NCBI GenBank assembly: GCA_008369845.1
Contig: MRSU01005191.1
Span: forward strand, 56,965-76,964
DNA from: Trichomonas gallinae
Lineage: Eukaryota
Length of the DNA stretch: 20,000 bases
Reading direction: 5' to 3'
A model generated the notes under the pieces. The model did no database searches, was not told where the DNA came from, and saw only the letters and a list, made by a program, of their open reading frames with translations. Shown in pieces: positions 16,497-20,000 of this stretch. The translations under genes and the position numbers were made by a program. Numbering within the stretch: the stretch's first letter is position 1; every line of letters starts with the position of its first letter.

Positions 16497-16915
16497 TTTA
16501 CTGTACAGTAGGTGCAGATTTCAAGAAAACCTGAAAATAAGGTGATTCGTAAAGTGCCAAAAATTCAAAAAGAATCACATATGGATTTGTCATGTAACTT
16601 GAATCAATATAAGAGATTTGTCGTGTAAAGATCTGTTCAGATAATATTAAAAATCAAAAATCTCCATAAATTATAGTTATGTATAATATAAACTTTTAAA
16701 ATATAAAAGTAATGATTGATTTTAATTTTTTGACAAATTACTTTACATTGCTAAAATCCGAACCGCAAAATGTAGTAAATAAAATCATGTCTGACCTCAC
16801 ATAAAACAACATTATTATATTTTAATAAAATTATTTTTAAGTTTACATGTCAAATAAAAATTGTAAACGACATCCATGTGAACGTTTAATTAAATGTGAC
16901 ACCAAAATAAAAAAA

Positions 16916-17242
16916 ATGAGTGCACCGAAGTTCGAAACAGATGCAGTCCGCTCCATCACCGAGCAGTCCATCCAGAGCTGCCTCAACAACCAGGTCTATG
17001 ACCACAGCGCTGTCAACAAGTGGTCCAGCGAAATCCTTGAATCTACACTCAGAACATTATGCGAGCGCTTCCCAGCTTATAAATTCGTTTCTCAGTGCCT
17101 TATCCTCCAGAAGGCTGGCGGTGGCCTCCACGTTTCTTCCTCTTGCTACTGGGATTCAAACTCTGATGGTATGGTCACAGTCCGCTGGGAGAACGAGTCA
17201 ATGCACTGCATTGTTTCCATCTATGGACTTGCTGTTCAGTAA
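16916..17242 (+). CDS. DYNLT1: Dynein light chain, Tctex-1 family (108 aa)
   Basis: MSAPKFETDAVRSITEQSI...YDHSAVNKWSSEI...YKFVSQCLILQKAGGGLHVSSSCYWDSNSDGMVTVRWENESMHCIVSIYGL fits the Tctex-1 consensus. C-ending codon bias begins at ATG 16916, not at 16847. The stop sits in a TAAA context, the trichomonad poly(A) signal. Confidence 0.95.
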   Translation: MSAPKFETDAVRSITEQSIQSCLNNQVYDHSAVNKWSSEILESTLRTLCERFPAYKFVSQCLILQKAGGGLHVSSSCYWDSNSDGMVTVRWENESMHCIVSIYGLAVQ

Positions 17243-17713
17243 AAATACTAAATGTATAATTTCTCATTGTAATTCTGTATTTTTATATTCTTTTCTCACA
17301 TTATATAGATTTGAACAAAAATATTTTAGTAAATCAATGACCACAAAGATTGACAGTTTCATATCTTCATTTCGAATCTTCTTATCATGTTTAATTTTTA
17401 TGCGAAATTTCCAATTTTTATCGAAAATGTTTCTACATCTTAATATAGAGTTTATGACATTCTAAACATAAAATTCTCATAGAAGAAATTCTCCAAACTC
17501 ATATGCACATTAAAGTTATTATGACTGTGTTATATAATCATATGTTTGTTATGTGATTTCAGAATCTATTCGTTTTGAACAGGCTTCGCTCATACAAAAC
17601 GAATGTATTATATTTTTTGCAAAAAAATATATTCCTTATTTTGGGTCTTGTAAATATCTCAAAATATCAAACACACATCTTCAAAAGTTGAATTTATTCT
17701 TATCGTTTGGATT

Positions 17714-17812
17714 TTCCTAGTTTATATATTAATCTACAAATAGATTAAATGTATATTTACAGTCAATATACATTATGAATTATGTAATTTTATTGTAAAT
17801 ATAAACTAGGAA
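17714..17812. repeat. 99-nt fold-back element with 14-bp perfect terminal inverted repeats and internal hairpins
   Basis: ttcctagtttatat (17714-17727) is the reverse complement of atataaactaggaa (17799-17812). Internal stems: taatcta/tagatta (17730-17747) and aatgtatatt/aatatacatt (17748-17774). Confidence 0.8.
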
Positions 17813-17831
17813 TCATAAAAATTTGTCATAA

Positions 17832-19035
17832 TTTTATAATTACTATTTGACACCTAAAACAGTTGAAGACCTAACTTACAAGTCGCTTCAGAGCATCCAT
17901 CTTCCTGAAGAATTTGAACAGTATGACAATACTGACACTATCTTTTTCGATACAAACATTTCACTGCTGCGCAAAAAATCTTCGAATTTGTTCAAAAAAA
18001 TTATCATGTTATCTATATTTTAAAGTGTATAGATACACCTTTAATATCGGAATCAAGGAAAGCATTCTTAAACGATATTATGAACGCTCATGGCTTTGGA
18101 TCTCCTTTCGAAATTAAAACAACGTTTTTCATAGGCAAACATTCAACATTTGCGCACGATTATATTGAGTTTTTAAAAGTAAAACAAATTTCACTATGAA
18201 TATTGATAACAAGACATACACAAAAAAGTGATAACATGACTATTGCAAGAAACATTACAGAATTGGATAGTATACAATTGAATTTGACAACAATTCTTAA
18301 TAATAAACAAATTAAAGAAATGACTATTGAGAAGAGAAAATCAGCAGATAAATCCATATACAATAACTTTACCATTAAAAACAGCAATTATCGGAGAAAA
18401 CAACATTACAATGATTGTTTCAGATAATCAAAACATATTATAAAATCAAACAATGAAATTTCAAATCAAAGGATTTGAATCAATCTTCATAATAAAACTA
18501 GATTATCATGAATCTTATACAATAGGTGACACAATCAACTTTAAAATATCAATAGATTGTCTTGACATTATTGATTACTTTAAAGTATATCATGCTTTCG
18601 ATGATCATGATTGGATTTTCTTCAAAAAAATACAAATAAATCATGAAACAAAACTACTAACTAAAAAAAAAAAAAAATGAAGTTAGTAGACAGCAATGGA
18701 TTAGAATCCAACATATTCCATTCACAAGAACACTAACCTATACAATAATTAATGGAGTTCGAACACAATTCTACACATATGTTGAAAGGTTAGAAATCGA
18801 CAGAACAGATCAAGAACAAGGAAGTTTGTTGACACCAGCTACGTTAATCAGATTGGCAGCGATTGGATGCATGGTTATATTCTTTATTGCTTTTCTGGGA
18901 CTTGCACCTTATAGGAAGCTTCACGCTCCAGATAATCCAAGTAGTTCAGAGTCTTCAGATAATATAGAAATCGGAGAACAACGCTCGGTGATTCTTGTAG
19001 TCGAAAATCAAGAAAATATTATATTAGATGTATAA
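17832..19035 (+). pseudogene. Decayed type-I surface protein with Ig-like (Bap-like) repeats, Thr-rich stalk, TM helix and Ser/acidic tail
   Basis: Fragments across three frames: ...NITELDSIQLNLTTILNNKQIKEMT / NPYTITLPLKTAIIGENNITMIVSDNQNIL*NQTMKFQIK (TAA at 18441-18443) ...ESYTIGDTINFKISIDCLD..YFKVYHAFDDHDW... / (A15 at 18663-18677) MKLVDSNGLESNI / PFTRTLTYTII...LAAIGCMVIFFIAFLGLAPYRK...PSSSESSD...*. The 5' boundary is uncertain. Confidence 0.65.
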
Positions 19036-19463
19036 AAATTTCATCTCCGACGATCTCGAATATATGTTTCGATCAAACTTTTAAACTAAGGAGAAAATAC
19101 ATATCCATATATGATATTTACAGTAATGTTGTCAAAAAGATAAGTTGAGAAAATATTCGGAAAGTTTGTAAAGCATCATATTAAAAGTTTACAATTAAGT
19201 TGACAAAAATTCACGTGGAGAAAATATCATATGTAAAGTTAACATAGGAATAAGAGGAAGAATAATAACATGGAAGGTGTAGACTCCAATTTCTGACATT
19301 TGTCAAAAATTCTCCATGTGAATAATTGAAATCTACTAGCGTAGGATATTAGAACTGAACTAACATAAGAGAATACATGATTAATGTCACTAGCAAGTTC
19401 ATGTATCATCACCTTTATGCGATGAAAGTGCGTCATATATATTGTGTCATATGTAAAATTTAC

Positions 19464-19471
19464 AAAGTGAC
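19464..19471 (+). promoter_or_regulatory. AAAGTGAC upstream motif (M2-like) of the TIM gene
   Basis: Exact AAAGTGAC about 70 nt upstream of the ATG. The same octamer occurs twice upstream of msrA and matches my recollection of T. vaginalis promoter motif 2. Confidence 0.5.
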
Positions 19472-19526
19472 AAAAATTTCAGATGTAACAAAAATTGAGA
19501 GCGCATCCGGCCACTCAATTTTCTCT

Positions 19527-19531
19527 TCACT
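19527..19531 (+). promoter_or_regulatory. Inr TCACT of the TIM gene
   Basis: ttctctTCACTtttaatcaATG: a pyrimidine-flanked Inr 8 nt upstream of ATG 19540. Confidence 0.75.
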
Positions 19532-19539
19532 TTTAATCA

Positions 19540-20000
19540 ATGAGAACATTCTTCGTTGGTGGAAACTGGAAGGCTAACCCAAAGACACTCGAGGAGGCTG
19601 AGAAGCTCGTCGAGATGCTCAACGGCGCTAAGGTTGAGGGTAAGGTCGAAGTTGTCGTCGCTGCTCCTTTCATCTTCCTCCCAACACTCCAGCAGAAGCT
19701 CCGCAAGGACTGGAAGGTCAGCGCTGAGAACGTCTTCACAAAGCCAAACGGTGCTTTCACAGGTGAAGTTACAGTCCCAATGATCAAGTCTTTCGGAATC
19801 GAGTGGACAATCCTCGGCCACTCCGAGCGCCGTGACATCCTCAAGGAAGACGACGAATTCCTTGCTGCCAAGGCCAAGTTCGCCCTCGAGAACGGAGTCA
19901 AGATCATCTACTGCTGCGGCGAGCACCTTTCTGAGCGCGAAGCCGGCAAGGCCTCTGAGTTCGTTTCTGCTCAGATCGAGAAGATGATCCCAGCTATCCC
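19540..20000 (+). CDS. TPI: Triosephosphate isomerase, 5' part (runs off the window end)
   Basis: MRTFFVGGNWKANPKTLEEAEKLVEMLNGAKVEGKVEVVVAAPFIFLPTLQQKLRKDWKVSAENVFTKPNGAFTGEVTVPMIKSFGIEWTILGHSERRDILKEDDEFLAAKAKFALENGVKIIYCCGEHLSEREAGK... contains the GNWK, GAFTGE, GHSERR and CxGE motifs, with strong C-ending codon bias. Missing from the ORF track because there is no stop in the window. Confidence 0.99.
   Translation, partial: MRTFFVGGNWKANPKTLEEAEKLVEMLNGAKVEGKVEVVVAAPFIFLPTLQQKLRKDWKVSAENVFTKPNGAFTGEVTVPMIKSFGIEWTILGHSERRDILKEDDEFLAAKAKFALENGVKIIYCCGEHLSEREAGKASEFVSAQIEKMIPAI

Noticed and set aside
16847..16915. N-terminal extension of Tctex-1 in the ORF track
   Set aside because: AT-rich promoter-like sequence; family similarity and codon bias start at ATG 16916.
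16920..17465. 181-aa overlapping ORF
   Set aside because: Non-ATG start, off-frame to Tctex-1, and runs into AT-rich 3' sequence with no recognisable motifs.
17714..17812. tRNA gene (cloverleaf-like fold)
   Set aside because: No T-loop GTTC or D-loop GG, extremely AT-rich, and stem lengths do not fit a tRNA.
19533..19926. Two antisense ORFs (124 and 129 aa) and a 75-aa off-frame ORF
   Set aside because: Shadows of the strongly codon-biased TIM gene.

Overview
AT-rich, gene-dense eukaryotic DNA with no introns detected, almost certainly from a trichomonad (parabasalid). The evidence is a triosephosphate isomerase (TIM) nearly identical to T. vaginalis TIM as I remember it, TCA(T/C)(T/A) initiator elements just upstream of ATGs, and typical expanded kinase families. 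Gene order: 3' end of a single-pass membrane protein (+); LKB1/CAMKK-like kinase (-); HEATR5/Laa1-like HEAT protein (-); bacterial-type MsrA (-); TKL pseudokinase with ARM/HEAT-like region (-); tandem double pseudokinase with ankyrin repeats (-); Cabin1/Hir3-like TPR protein with an acidic tail (-); Tctex-1 dynein light chain (+); decayed Ig-like (Bap-like) surface-protein pseudogene (+); 5' part of TIM (+). I see no CRISPR array, tRNA, rRNA or transposase, and no clearly new multi-gene system. The best unexplained signals are non-coding: a family of TGWCA/GWCAAAA motifs arranged in phased tandem arrays upstream of most genes, a 99-nt fold-back with a four-way-junction structure (17714-17812), and a degenerate ~110-bp direct repeat (5601-5797). 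All family assignments come from motif recognition from memory; no database search was run.
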